NCBI GenBank assembly: GCA_045655585.1
Contig: JAZOPO010000018.1
Location: 2,438-66,437 of the forward strand
DNA: 64,000 nt
DNA from: Alistipes sp.
Lineage (GTDB): Bacteria > Bacteroidota > Bacteroidia > Bacteroidales > Rikenellaceae
Direction: 5' to 3'
Shown here: in pieces, positions 1 through 8,920 of the stretch
How positions within the stretch are numbered: the stretch's first letter is position 1
How the letters are laid out: the number at the start of each line of letters is the position of its first letter
Position numbers and translations under genes: made by a program
The notes under the pieces: generated by a model
Seen by the model: only the letters and a program-made list of their open reading frames with translations
What the model was told of the DNA's origin: nothing
Databases searched by the model: none

Positions 1-2
1 AT

Positions 3-521
3 TGGAATGATTTAACATCTGTGTTACGCAAACAGGGCATTAATACCGAGTTTAAGCACAAAGGCTCTACCTCGACTATCGAGGGCGTAAAGTTCTCGAA
101 GAACGGCTATACTTTCAGTGGCTCTAAGGTTGATAAGGCATTTAGCTACTCTAAGCTCAACCGCCATTTTGTCCAAACTCAGCAGCGAATATCGCAACAA
201 CCAACACCCAGCAAGAGAATGAAGATGGCGGCTGATAACTATCGCTCTGCATTTTCGGGGTTATATGGAGATAATAACCCAAATGTATCGGAGGGTGCTA
301 ATATGGGAGCATATGGGGCTATCCTGTTTCCGCCTATGGATTCGCCCATAAAGTTGTCGGCAGCGCAACTGCAACGCCGAGCAGGCGAGTCACCCGAGGA
401 GCATCTTGCACGAGTAACGGCTCTACTTAATCAGGTCGCCGAGGCTATGGCTGCCGCTACTGAGGAGCACAAACGAAAACAAAGAAATGTGAAACCGAAG
501 AAATCAACACTGAAACTATAA
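3..521 (+). CDS. Relaxase/mobilization nuclease domain protein, C-terminal part (5'-truncated by window)
   Basis: Frame open from position 3 (WNDLTSVLRKQGINTEFKHKG..IEGVKFSKNGYTFSGSKVDKAFSYSKL), typical of Bacteroidales mobilization relaxases. Confidence 0.8.
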   Translation, partial: WNDLTSVLRKQGINTEFKHKGSTSTIEGVKFSKNGYTFSGSKVDKAFSYSKLNRHFVQTQQRISQQPTPSKRMKMAADNYRSAFSGLYGDNNPNVSEGANMGAYGAILFPPMDSPIKLSAAQLQRRAGESPEEHLARVTALLNQVAEAMAAATEEHKRKQRNVKPKKSTLKL

Positions 522-806
522 TAAAGTGTGTTGAATGTGATATGATACTGGAGAGAAGCAGAGTAACTAGTCTCTCTGGCTGCTAACATTGAACAACCTA
601 TCAATAGGTAGAACAACTCAATGTAAAAGCGAAGCACATTATAGTAGAAAAATAAATCTCTTCTAATTTCTATAATATCCATGAGTTTTTGTAAAACATT
701 TATTAATCAATTAATGTCATCCTAGTGAAATTTTTATTACCTTTGAGGTGATAATAGTGTGGTTGTTAAATCATCTAAAAGGTTATATATAGAACAGAAA
801 CATAGT

Positions 807-1793
807 ATGTGTAAAATTAAGAAAAGTATACAAAAGCAGGAATCTGTAACAATTGATGAGCAATTACAAGGTTCTACATTAAATAATAGAACCGATAGCA
901 GTATGAGTTTTAAATGTTTCGCTGCTATCGTATGTGTTTGTACCGCGATATTTGTCATATTTCAAATCATAGGATATGTGAGTTTTCGAGAACATAGAAA
1001 AAGTATACTTGATATATATCAAATTGCCACAAATGCACAATCAATGTATCATGGTACGTCGTTTGAGAATGTTGATAGTTTGATTAATGGATTAGACATT
1101 CCGTACTCACAAAAAATCGAATTACAGCATAGTTTAAAAGTTGTCGCTGGAGATATATCATCGGCAATCAAGAATAGTATTGAACTAGATGCTTTAAAAC
1201 AAGCAAAAAATGATAATATACAAAATGGCACAAGGGATTTGCTAGAATTGCAATACGCAAAAATACAACATGAATATGAGTCGATTCAAATATGGTACGG
1301 AATACTTACGGTTATTTTTCTGATATTTAGCTTCTATTCTCTATACAAAGTAGATGATATTGTTAAACAAGGTAAAGATGGCTTAAAAGATTTAGATCTT
1401 ATAAAAGAGAAAGCAGATGGTAAAATAAAATCATTAGGTGATGAAATTGATAAAACTCTAAATGCATTTAAACATAAATCAAAGGAGCATTTTGCAAAAT
1501 ATCAAAATATATTTAAACAGCGAGTCGGAGATATAGACAATGTTATCAAGTCGAAAGAAGATATTATGAATAAACAAGTTGAGGGTACTCGAGATAAGTT
1601 GGATAATATCTTTGAGGATGCCCAACATAGATGTTCCGAATTAGTGAATAGTGGAAAACTTGAAATGTCTGAGATAAAAATAAATCAAGAAAAGTTATCT
1701 CAGCAGTATAGTATCTTACAGCAGCAGCTGGATGTTGTAAATACAATTATTAGGAATTACCAAAAAAATAGCGGTCTAGATGGTAGCAAATAG
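807..1793 (+). CDS. Hypothetical membrane protein: two TM helices and a long C-terminal coiled coil
   Basis: Hydrophobic segments FAAIVCVCTAIFVIFQIIGYVSF and IWYGILTVIFLIFSFYSLY, then a heptad-like K/E/D/I-rich tail; -7 box TACCTTTG at 738-745; start could also be GTG 759 or ATG 903. Confidence 0.7.
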   Translation: MCKIKKSIQKQESVTIDEQLQGSTLNNRTDSSMSFKCFAAIVCVCTAIFVIFQIIGYVSFREHRKSILDIYQIATNAQSMYHGTSFENVDSLINGLDIPYSQKIELQHSLKVVAGDISSAIKNSIELDALKQAKNDNIQNGTRDLLELQYAKIQHEYESIQIWYGILTVIFLIFSFYSLYKVDDIVKQGKDGLKDLDLIKEKADGKIKSLGDEIDKTLNAFKHKSKEHFAKYQNIFKQRVGDIDNVIKSKEDIMNKQVEGTRDKLDNIFEDAQHRCSELVNSGKLEMSEIKINQEKLSQQYSILQQQLDVVNTIIRNYQKNSGLDGSK

Positions 1794-2280
1794 AATATTA
1801 ACATTGTATCAAGACTCTGCAGATGCTCTTTTGGGTGCAATGAAGGATGCATTAAAGTTGATAGACATAAATGGCTCAATAGAACAGGAGTCTATGAAGA
1901 GTCATGCTAGTAATGTCAGCAATATTACCGAATTGCAAATAACCAGAATGTTAGAGTTGGCTACGACTAAAAAGATAATTTTGGGACACATAAGTAGTGG
2001 TATTGTAATATCGCTGCAGAAAATCATTGAGCTTACAAAGTTGGTCTATGAAAATTCGTTATTCACCACTCCAATATATCTTAAGTTGATTCAGGATCAA
2101 TTGACATCAATATGCGACTTTATAAAAAAATCGTATATTGCAAAAGATATAGACATTACTATGGTTGCTACTGAATTGGCAGAGCTCATTAATAGTTATA
2201 AAAATATACAACAATTACCACAAAATGAATTTATAGTAAGATTGTTACGTGAGATATACCAACTGTGTATAATAAAATAA
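1780..2280 (+). CDS. Hypothetical alpha-helical protein
   Basis: 166-aa ORF overlapping the upstream gene by 14 nt; no recognisable motif. Confidence 0.6.
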   Translation: MVANRILTLYQDSADALLGAMKDALKLIDINGSIEQESMKSHASNVSNITELQITRMLELATTKKIILGHISSGIVISLQKIIELTKLVYENSLFTTPIYLKLIQDQLTSICDFIKKSYIAKDIDITMVATELAELINSYKNIQQLPQNEFIVRLLREIYQLCIIK

Positions 2281-2463
2281 GACGAAAATATCGAAGACTC
2301 TCATTGGTATAACGATTTATTCTCATACTATAAAATAATAGTGTATCTTGCGAGGATATAATTCAGAATTACTATCTTTGAGCAACAAAACGAACAAAAA
2401 CTAAAATATACAAGACATAGATAAAAGAATAGTATAACATACATATATAAAATAAGTTAGTAT

Positions 2464-2679
2464 TAACTTTGGTTCTCGCTTACTGAAACCTAGGAAATTT
2501 CAAATTTAGCGAAGGGAATAAAAGTTGGTGCTCACGCTTTATGGCGTGGGCTTTTATTCCATTTATTCGCTAAAGGCTTTCCTAGGGCCGCAGTAAGATA
2601 AATTCGAATAAGTCCGCGCTTTTTTTGCGCCCTTATTCGAACGCATAGTCGAAGTTAATCTATCCCAAACTTCGACGAT
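2464..2679 (+). promoter_or_regulatory. Promoter -7 box plus structured 5' leader of the R-M operon
   Basis: TAACTTTG at 2464-2471, followed by nested inverted repeats 2479-2597 and two further hairpins up to the ATG at 2680. Confidence 0.65.
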
Positions 2680-3717
2680 ATGCAAGACTCCAAATATACA
2701 TTCATAGATCTTTTCTCCGGTTGCGGAGGGCTATCGCTCGGATTCGAGATGGCTGGTTATAAGTTGCTATTGGCGATTGATAATTGGCAAGATGCTCTTG
2801 ATACCTACAAGCACAACAACCCAGATGCTCGAACACTCTGTGGCGATCTGTCTAAAATCAATCCCGAAGATATTAAGCGAGAATATAACATCGACCGAGT
2901 GAGCGTCATTATTGGTGGCCCTCCGTGTCAAGGCTTCTCAATTGCAGGTAAGCGCATCATTGATGATGAGAGAAACAAACTTTATAAAGCGTTTGTCGGC
3001 TTTGTTAGATGCTTTATGCCAGATGCTTTTGTGATGGAGAATGTGCCAAACATTCTCTCTATTGGCGATGGTGTTGTTAAAGAATCAATCATCAAGGATT
3101 TTAGTGATTTAGGTTATAATGTTAACTATAAGGTCTTATTAGCCTCAGACTATGGCGTTCCTCAAAATCGTAGAAGAGCTGTTTTTGTTGGCTTGAGAAA
3201 TGGCGAGTATTCATTTCCAACACCTACAACTACTACTCCTATAACTACGAAAGAGGCGTTATCTGACTTGCCTGATAATAGTATAGCTGATGGTGAAGCA
3301 TATCCATTGTCAGCACAAAGTGTCTACCAACAGATGATGCGCAAAGGAGTAGAGACCTTGCATAACCATCAAGCAACCATCCACACTGAACAGACCTCAC
3401 GAATTATTGCGATGGTGCCAGATGGAGGTAACTATAAAGATTTACCCAAAGAACTTCAACAAACACGCAAGGTAAATATTGCGTGGACTCGTCTGAATAG
3501 TAAGAAACCAAGCATTACTATTGATACTGGACATAACCATCATTTCCATTATTCGTACAATCGAGTTCCTACTGCTCGTGAGAGCGCTCGACTGCAATCA
3601 TTTCCGGATTCATTTGTATTTACGCATGGCAAAACCAGTCAATTAAAACAGATTGGTAATGCTGTTCCTCCATTGATGGCTATGGAGATTGCAAAACAAT
3701 TAAAGATACATATATGA
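2680..3717 (+). CDS. DNA (cytosine-5)-methyltransferase (M1)
   Basis: Motifs DLFSGCGG (I), GGPPCQGFS (IV), ENV (VI), Q-RRR (VIII), RESARLQSFPD (IX), QIGNAVPP (X). Confidence 0.96.
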   Translation: MQDSKYTFIDLFSGCGGLSLGFEMAGYKLLLAIDNWQDALDTYKHNNPDARTLCGDLSKINPEDIKREYNIDRVSVIIGGPPCQGFSIAGKRIIDDERNKLYKAFVGFVRCFMPDAFVMENVPNILSIGDGVVKESIIKDFSDLGYNVNYKVLLASDYGVPQNRRRAVFVGLRNGEYSFPTPTTTTPITTKEALSDLPDNSIADGEAYPLSAQSVYQQMMRKGVETLHNHQATIHTEQTSRIIAMVPDGGNYKDLPKELQQTRKVNIAWTRLNSKKPSITIDTGHNHHFHYSYNRVPTARESARLQSFPDSFVFTHGKTSQLKQIGNAVPPLMAMEIAKQLKIHI

Positions 3718-5135
3718 GCTACAACCCAGACAACCAATACCGATGTACTATAATTAGAGGTAAAAGTCAAACACAAATGGAAGACTTATTACCTCTGTAC
3801 GCCAATATGGTACATAGATTATGTCCTTGCACAGAAAATGAATTTAATAAGCGAGGCAATAAGTTCCTATCAAAAGCTTTATTCGGTACTGACTGCTATG
3901 AGATACTACCTAATAGCAATCAAAAGACTGTAAGGAATCACCTTACGGAAATTGCAGGAACTTTGCTCGCATTATATCGCATTGATATGGATGGCTATGT
4001 ATATGAAACTGAGTTGTGTTCATATCTACTTGACACGAACGATTTCCCTGCATTCTTTCGTAATATATGTTTGAATTTTCAATTCCCCAATGGAACGAAG
4101 AAATCCAATTTTGTATTACAAGATGTAGCCAATAGGATAAATATAAGACCCTTTTGCTTTGTCGTTTCGTTGCTCTACTATGCTCAACAGCAGCCACACA
4201 AACATCTTCTAACAAAACAAGAGATTGGGTATTATGTACTTAATAATTTAGAAGTGCTACAAGGTAGAGTCGGTGTTGAAACTGTGTATCATAAAATAAT
4301 CGAGGATAGAGTAAACGGAGTGCATAAACCACAGTTGTCAGGCTCTCACGATTGGCAACACATTAAAGAACAGTTTAACTTGTTAGAGTTGGCAAATATA
4401 GTATACACAGATAGGACTTATATTTGGCTTAACAAAGAAGAAGCATTGTCTGTAGAGGTATTTGTTAGATCTCTGCATGAATCTGCATTTGATGTGTATG
4501 CTTATGATTTATCTTCTCTTGATGGAAGAAAACGGTTTTATGCCGATTGGGAAGAGTATTATGGCAGATTGAATTCGGATTTAGCGATATTGCCCACTAA
4601 ATTCCAGAGTGCAACAGAGATTGTGATTGCTGATAGAGCAGAACAAACAGCCCAACGAGGAGCGGTCGGTGCTACTACAATAGAGGTGGGAGATAAGGGT
4701 GAAACATTAGTGTACAATCTCGAAAAAGAACGAGTTGGGAACTACAAAGCAAGGTTAGTTAACAAGGTCCTATTGTTAGGTAAAACAAAGGGGTTTGGGT
4801 ATGACATTAGCTCAATCGAAGCTGATGAGAATCCCGACAAGCCTGAATTTGCACGATATATTGAGGTTAAATCTACTACACGAGTTACAGAGCCGTCATT
4901 TGATGACAACTGGACCGATTCGCTCAATTTAACATCAAAAGAGTGGGTAGCTGCCGAGCAGTATAAGGAGTACTATAACATATATAGGGTATACTTTACA
5001 AAACAAAGAACTTTTGTTGTAAGAATCAAAAATCCGTATGAATTAGCCACCCAAGATTTAATCGAGGTATATCCTACAACTTATCAAATGAATTTTAATG
5101 ACAAAGTAATAGAACATCGTTATGCCGGAGAATAA
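3714..5135 (+). CDS. Putative restriction endonuclease with C-terminal DUF3883/NOV_C PD-(D/E)XK domain
   Basis: GDKGE..VY..EKER, GYDISS, YIEVKST motifs; overlaps both flanking MTases. Confidence 0.8.
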   Translation: MSYNPDNQYRCTIIRGKSQTQMEDLLPLYANMVHRLCPCTENEFNKRGNKFLSKALFGTDCYEILPNSNQKTVRNHLTEIAGTLLALYRIDMDGYVYETELCSYLLDTNDFPAFFRNICLNFQFPNGTKKSNFVLQDVANRINIRPFCFVVSLLYYAQQQPHKHLLTKQEIGYYVLNNLEVLQGRVGVETVYHKIIEDRVNGVHKPQLSGSHDWQHIKEQFNLLELANIVYTDRTYIWLNKEEALSVEVFVRSLHESAFDVYAYDLSSLDGRKRFYADWEEYYGRLNSDLAILPTKFQSATEIVIADRAEQTAQRGAVGATTIEVGDKGETLVYNLEKERVGNYKARLVNKVLLLGKTKGFGYDISSIEADENPDKPEFARYIEVKSTTRVTEPSFDDNWTDSLNLTSKEWVAAEQYKEYYNIYRVYFTKQRTFVVRIKNPYELATQDLIEVYPTTYQMNFNDKVIEHRYAGE

Positions 5136-6087
5136 AATAAAGGTAGCCTCGCTCTTTTGTGGTTGTGGTGGTTCTGATTTAGGTTTGTTAGGTGGTTTTA
5201 AGTACCTTGGCAAACACTATAAAAGACTACCATTTGAAATTGTGTACGCAATCGACAATGACAAATATGCTGTTGAAACATATAATGCTAATTTCTGGCA
5301 TCCTGCCGTATGTGAAGACATAACAAAAGTAGATTTTGCTGATGTTCCCGATGTTGATATGATGATTGGGGGCTTTCCTTGCCAATCGTTTAGCACTGTG
5401 AATCCAACTAAAGACACTAACGATGCTCGTGCAAATTTGTATAAAGAGATTGTTCGTTTCCTGCAAGAAAAACAACCGAAGTATTTTATCTGCGAGAATG
5501 TAAAAGGCTTGCTTACCCTTCAGAAAGGTGCTATTATTCAAAAAATAGTAAAGGAGTTCACAGAGTGCGGGTATAATATTCAATATAAGCTAATAAAGGC
5601 TGTCGAGTATGGTATACCTCAAAGACGAGAACGAGTTATCATTATCGGAATCAGAAAAGATATTGATTTAAGTTACCTGTTTCCTAATCCTATATGCACA
5701 GAAGATAATGCAGTTCCACTTTGTAAAGTTATTGACAAACTTGATATTGAGGAGCAAAAATATTATTTTTCTCAAAAGGCTGTGCAGGGTGTAAAGAATG
5801 CTAAAAACAATATGAAGAGAGGACTTTGGCAAGATCTAAATGCACCTTGCTTAACTTTAACATCCCATTTGGCAAAGGTTAGTATGAACTCTCGCGATCC
5901 GATTTTATTGGTTGATGCTAATGAGGAGTTGTATCGACGCTTCACACCTCGTGAAGCTGCACGCATACAATCTTTTCCTGATACATTTAAGTTGCATTCA
6001 TCAGAGGCAAAGTCGTATAAACAAATTGGCAACGCAATCCCTCCTGTTATGATGTGGTATATAGCCAAACAATTGTTTGTCAAATAA
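5122..6087 (+). CDS. DNA (cytosine-5)-methyltransferase (M2)
   Basis: SLFCGCGG, GGFPCQSFS, ENVKG, QRRER, REAARIQSFPD, QIGNAIPP motifs. Confidence 0.96.
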   Translation: MPENKIKVASLFCGCGGSDLGLLGGFKYLGKHYKRLPFEIVYAIDNDKYAVETYNANFWHPAVCEDITKVDFADVPDVDMMIGGFPCQSFSTVNPTKDTNDARANLYKEIVRFLQEKQPKYFICENVKGLLTLQKGAIIQKIVKEFTECGYNIQYKLIKAVEYGIPQRRERVIIIGIRKDIDLSYLFPNPICTEDNAVPLCKVIDKLDIEEQKYYFSQKAVQGVKNAKNNMKRGLWQDLNAPCLTLTSHLAKVSMNSRDPILLVDANEELYRRFTPREAARIQSFPDTFKLHSSEAKSYKQIGNAIPPVMMWYIAKQLFVK

Positions 6088-6131
6088 TAATCAAGTCTGC
6101 CGAATTAAATGATTCTGCAGGCTTGATTATT
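6086..6131. terminator. Hairpin between convergent genes, probable bidirectional terminator
   Basis: AATAATCAAGTCTGC (6086-6100) pairs with GCAGGCTTGATTATT (6117-6131). Confidence 0.55.
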
Positions 6132-6567
6132 TATATGTGCTTCTATTTATATCTTCGCTTAATTTAGCAATGATTTCTCTCACACAAGCGAGCATCTCTA
6201 TGATAGGTTTTTCTTCCCGATGATTGAATTCGACTAATTGATTGTATTTTTCTGTCAAGAAAACATTTGCATTATTAGATAAAGCAATAGATTTCTTTTC
6301 ATTGATCATCGATATGAAACTTTCTATTTCAGTATGATCTTTATTGTCATTGCGTCCTCGTTGTTGTGTTGAGTTAGACCTACTTTTAGCAATAAGTATC
6401 TTTTCAATCTCTTTAGCTTTGCTTAATAGGGAATGAAATTCAATAGCTGTTTTCTTATTAAGCACCTCTTTTTTAGCATCTACAGCTATCTCTGCAGCAC
6501 TTTTTGCTGACATTGCTTGCCAGATAGCAATGCCAGCTCCAACAATGGAGGCTACAGATGCAATTAT
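6127..6567 (-). CDS. Hypothetical protein with N-terminal TM helix (start codon unclear)
   Basis: Frame is open upstream of ATG 6513 and encodes IIASVASIVGAGIAIWQAMSAKSAA; only ATA/ATT codons are available as starts near the yfbU stop. Confidence 0.55.
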   Translation of the reverse strand: MIASVASIVGAGIAIWQAMSAKSAAEIAVDAKKEVLNKKTAIEFHSLLSKAKEIEKILIAKSRSNSTQQRGRNDNKDHTEIESFISMINEKKSIALSNNANVFLTEKYNQLVEFNHREEKPIIEMLACVREIIAKLSEDINRSTYK

Positions 6568-6571
6568 AGGT

Positions 6572-7093
6572 CTAGTAAGTGTTTAATAAATCTCTAATCT
6601 GCTCTTCTGACATCTTGTATCTCTCCATATGGTCAAGTTTCTCCCACTTTTGAAGCCTTGCTTGGTAGTGATTAAGTTGACGGCTATGGCTATTATAATA
6701 ACTATGTGACAGCTCTTTTATCTCGTGATATCTATCTAAATCCTCTATAAAATACTGAACATAGAGCATCTGCTTTGCTTCAAAATTACCATCAAACCCA
6801 GGGAATTTAACCTGCTCATCTGTAAGCGATGTTTCTTTTAATTGTTTGTATGAAAAAATAATACCTCTATACATTTCGAGGATGTCTAATACTGAACGAC
6901 ATTCGTCAGCGCTTAACCCTTCGTCATATAACATATCAAACACATCGCTATAATGCAATTCGTATCCGCGTTCAAGAGCTACTATTTTTGCTTCATAGTC
7001 AGAGAATTCTGACGAATCGGATAATTTCTGCAATATTCTCAATTGAAAAATGAAAGAAGCTCTTTCCTTAGGTGTTAATTTTACTATTTCCAT
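6572..7093 (-). CDS. YfbU family protein
   Basis: ALERGY, CRSVLDILEMYR, FPGFDGNFE, NSHS motifs match E. coli YfbU (IIERGY, CRTIIDIMEMY, FLGFDAATE). Confidence 0.85.
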   Translation of the reverse strand: MEIVKLTPKERASFIFQLRILQKLSDSSEFSDYEAKIVALERGYELHYSDVFDMLYDEGLSADECRSVLDILEMYRGIIFSYKQLKETSLTDEQVKFPGFDGNFEAKQMLYVQYFIEDLDRYHEIKELSHSYYNSHSRQLNHYQARLQKWEKLDHMERYKMSEEQIRDLLNTY

Positions 7094-7271
7094 AATTTAC
7101 TTATCTAAATTAATGTATAGGTGTAAAGATAATCATTTTTTAATAGAGGACAAAATTCTATGATGTGTTTTGAGATGATTATGTTGTGACACATTACAGA
7201 TATACAAAAGTTTTTATTTCTTTTTGCAAAAAATGTAACTATCTTTGAATTAGAATTATTAATTGTATACT

Positions 7272-8571
7272 ATGGAAAGTTTCGAGTATAAAGGTTACTG
7301 GTATTTGCCAAATAAGCCTGATAGAAAAATAGCAGGTATATTATCATTTAAAGATAGAGAATCATCAACATTAGAGTTAATCGGAGATCTTGAATTGTAT
7401 GATAATCCTATTTATGCGATATCAGGACCTGAAACATATAATGTGATATGGGGCATCAATGAAGAGGCCAAGAAAATCACATTATTTAATTGTAATTTGG
7501 TAAATAGGCATTTTAACCTAAAGAGTGATTTCCCGATAAAAAAGTTTTCGATACAATATATTCTTGTAGGGCAGCATATATCATCTGCCGAGGATAAACT
7601 TTTTGACGTTTGCCGTGTTGAGATACCCATTATTAACAAAATGGTGCTTCCCAGCAGTAATACAACAATCTATTCAGTTTCAAGATGGAGGACATAAAAT
7701 AGATTCTATGGGATTATCTATTAAATGTTCAAAATTAGATCAAGCAATAGAAAGTGTTAATATAGACGGATTAGGGCTTAAAGTATCCTTATATCCTCAA
7801 ATTAATATATCTTGGGAATATTGTGCTCCAGAAACAAAGCAATTTACAACTCTAGTTATTGAGAATGACTTAAAGGAAACAATATGGTCTTTTATTCACT
7901 ATGTATATATATTTGAACAATTCTTATCGTTTGCTACATTATCAAATGTAGATGTAAGTAAATTTACACTACAAAATAAGGATACATACGAAGAACTTAA
8001 GAATGGTCAGAAGTTGTATGACTCTGTTTTATTGTATTATAATAGACCTGATATCAATGATGGTATTCGGCATAGGGAGCAGTTCCTATTTAAATATGAC
8101 TCTATCAAGGATAAATTCCCTGAGATTATAAGACATTGGTACTTGGAAACTGATGATATAGCACCCATAAGATCGCATCTTATTCAGAGTATTCAATCGA
8201 AAAAGTTATTTACTAGTATTGATTTCTTAATTGTATTTCAAGCCATAGAAGGGTATATGATTAGATTTAAATATGGAGATAAGAGCGTGAAGCAAAATTT
8301 AAAGACACTAATTGAAGAGTATAATGATATCCGAAATTTAAATTGCGATAAAATTGATGTTGATGCGGTAGTTGATTCTCGCAATTACTACTCTCATTTT
8401 ATGAATAAATCTAAGAAACCAAGGACTCTTGAAGGATATGAGCTTTTCTGTCAAATTTGTAAATTGAAAGATTTATTAATTTGTTGTATGCTTTCGTTTA
8501 TGGGATTGAATCACGATGAAATTAATAGTTTAATGTCAAAAAGTGAGTATTCTTTCTACACTCCTCAATAA
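7272..8571 (+). pseudogene. ApeA-like protein (N-terminal domain + HEPN RNase), split by a +1 frameshift near 7626-7629
   Basis: N-terminus YKGYWYLP..KIAGILSF...LELIG...IWG....KKITLFNC resembles the ApeA N-terminal domain; C-terminal RNYYSH is a HEPN R-x4-H motif; ORFs 7263-7697 and 7603-8571 overlap in adjacent frames. Confidence 0.75.
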
Positions 8572-8625
8572 ACTCAATACGCTCAATTTGTGCGGTAGTA
8601 TTACAAATGTATGACAAATCAAAAG

Positions 8626-8660
8626 AAAAACAGCGTTAGAGATGCTTCTAACGCTGTTTT
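8626..8660. terminator. Intrinsic terminator directly downstream of tRNA-Cys (likely bidirectional)
   Basis: AAAA-CAGCGTTAGA-loop-TCTAACGCTG-TTTT. Confidence 0.8.
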
Positions 8661-8664
8661 GGTG

Positions 8665-8736
8665 AGGTCCGAAGCGGATTCGAACCGCTGTAGACGGTTT
8701 TGCAGACCGGTGACTAAGCCACTCATCCATCGGACC
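8665..8736 (-). tRNA. tRNA-Cys (GCA)
   Basis: Minus strand GGTCCGA-TGGATGAGTGGCTTAGTC-ACCGGTCT-GCA-AAACCGT-CTACAGCGG-TTCGAAT-CCGCT-TCGGACC-T; U discriminator; CCA not encoded; promoter boxes at 8757-8764 (-7) and 8784-8787 (-33). Confidence 0.95.
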
Positions 8737-8920
8737 ATCATGCTTAATTGCGAGTGCAAATATACAAAAAATTCTAATTCTACCAAAACTTCTGTGCAAG
8801 TTTCGTACTTTTTCGCAAAAATTATTAACTTTACAACTGCCAAAGTGCATTTTATTGTATTTTGCACCCACTTTTTAGGACCTGCCGCCCCAAAACGACA
8901 CAACAACAGACCGCATCACT

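Larger units (their letters stand above)
1..8620. mobile_element. Right end of an AT-rich mobilizable genomic island (defence cargo) next to tRNA-Cys
   Basis: Visibly AT-rich versus the DNA after ~8900; contains a relaxase C-terminus, R-M genes, HEPN and YfbU genes; ends at the 3' side of a tRNA. Integrase and left end are outside the window. Confidence 0.8.

Noticed and set aside
431-682. 83-aa minus-strand ORF overlapping the relaxase end
   Set aside because: No motifs, overlaps a real gene, composition typical of AT-rich non-coding DNA
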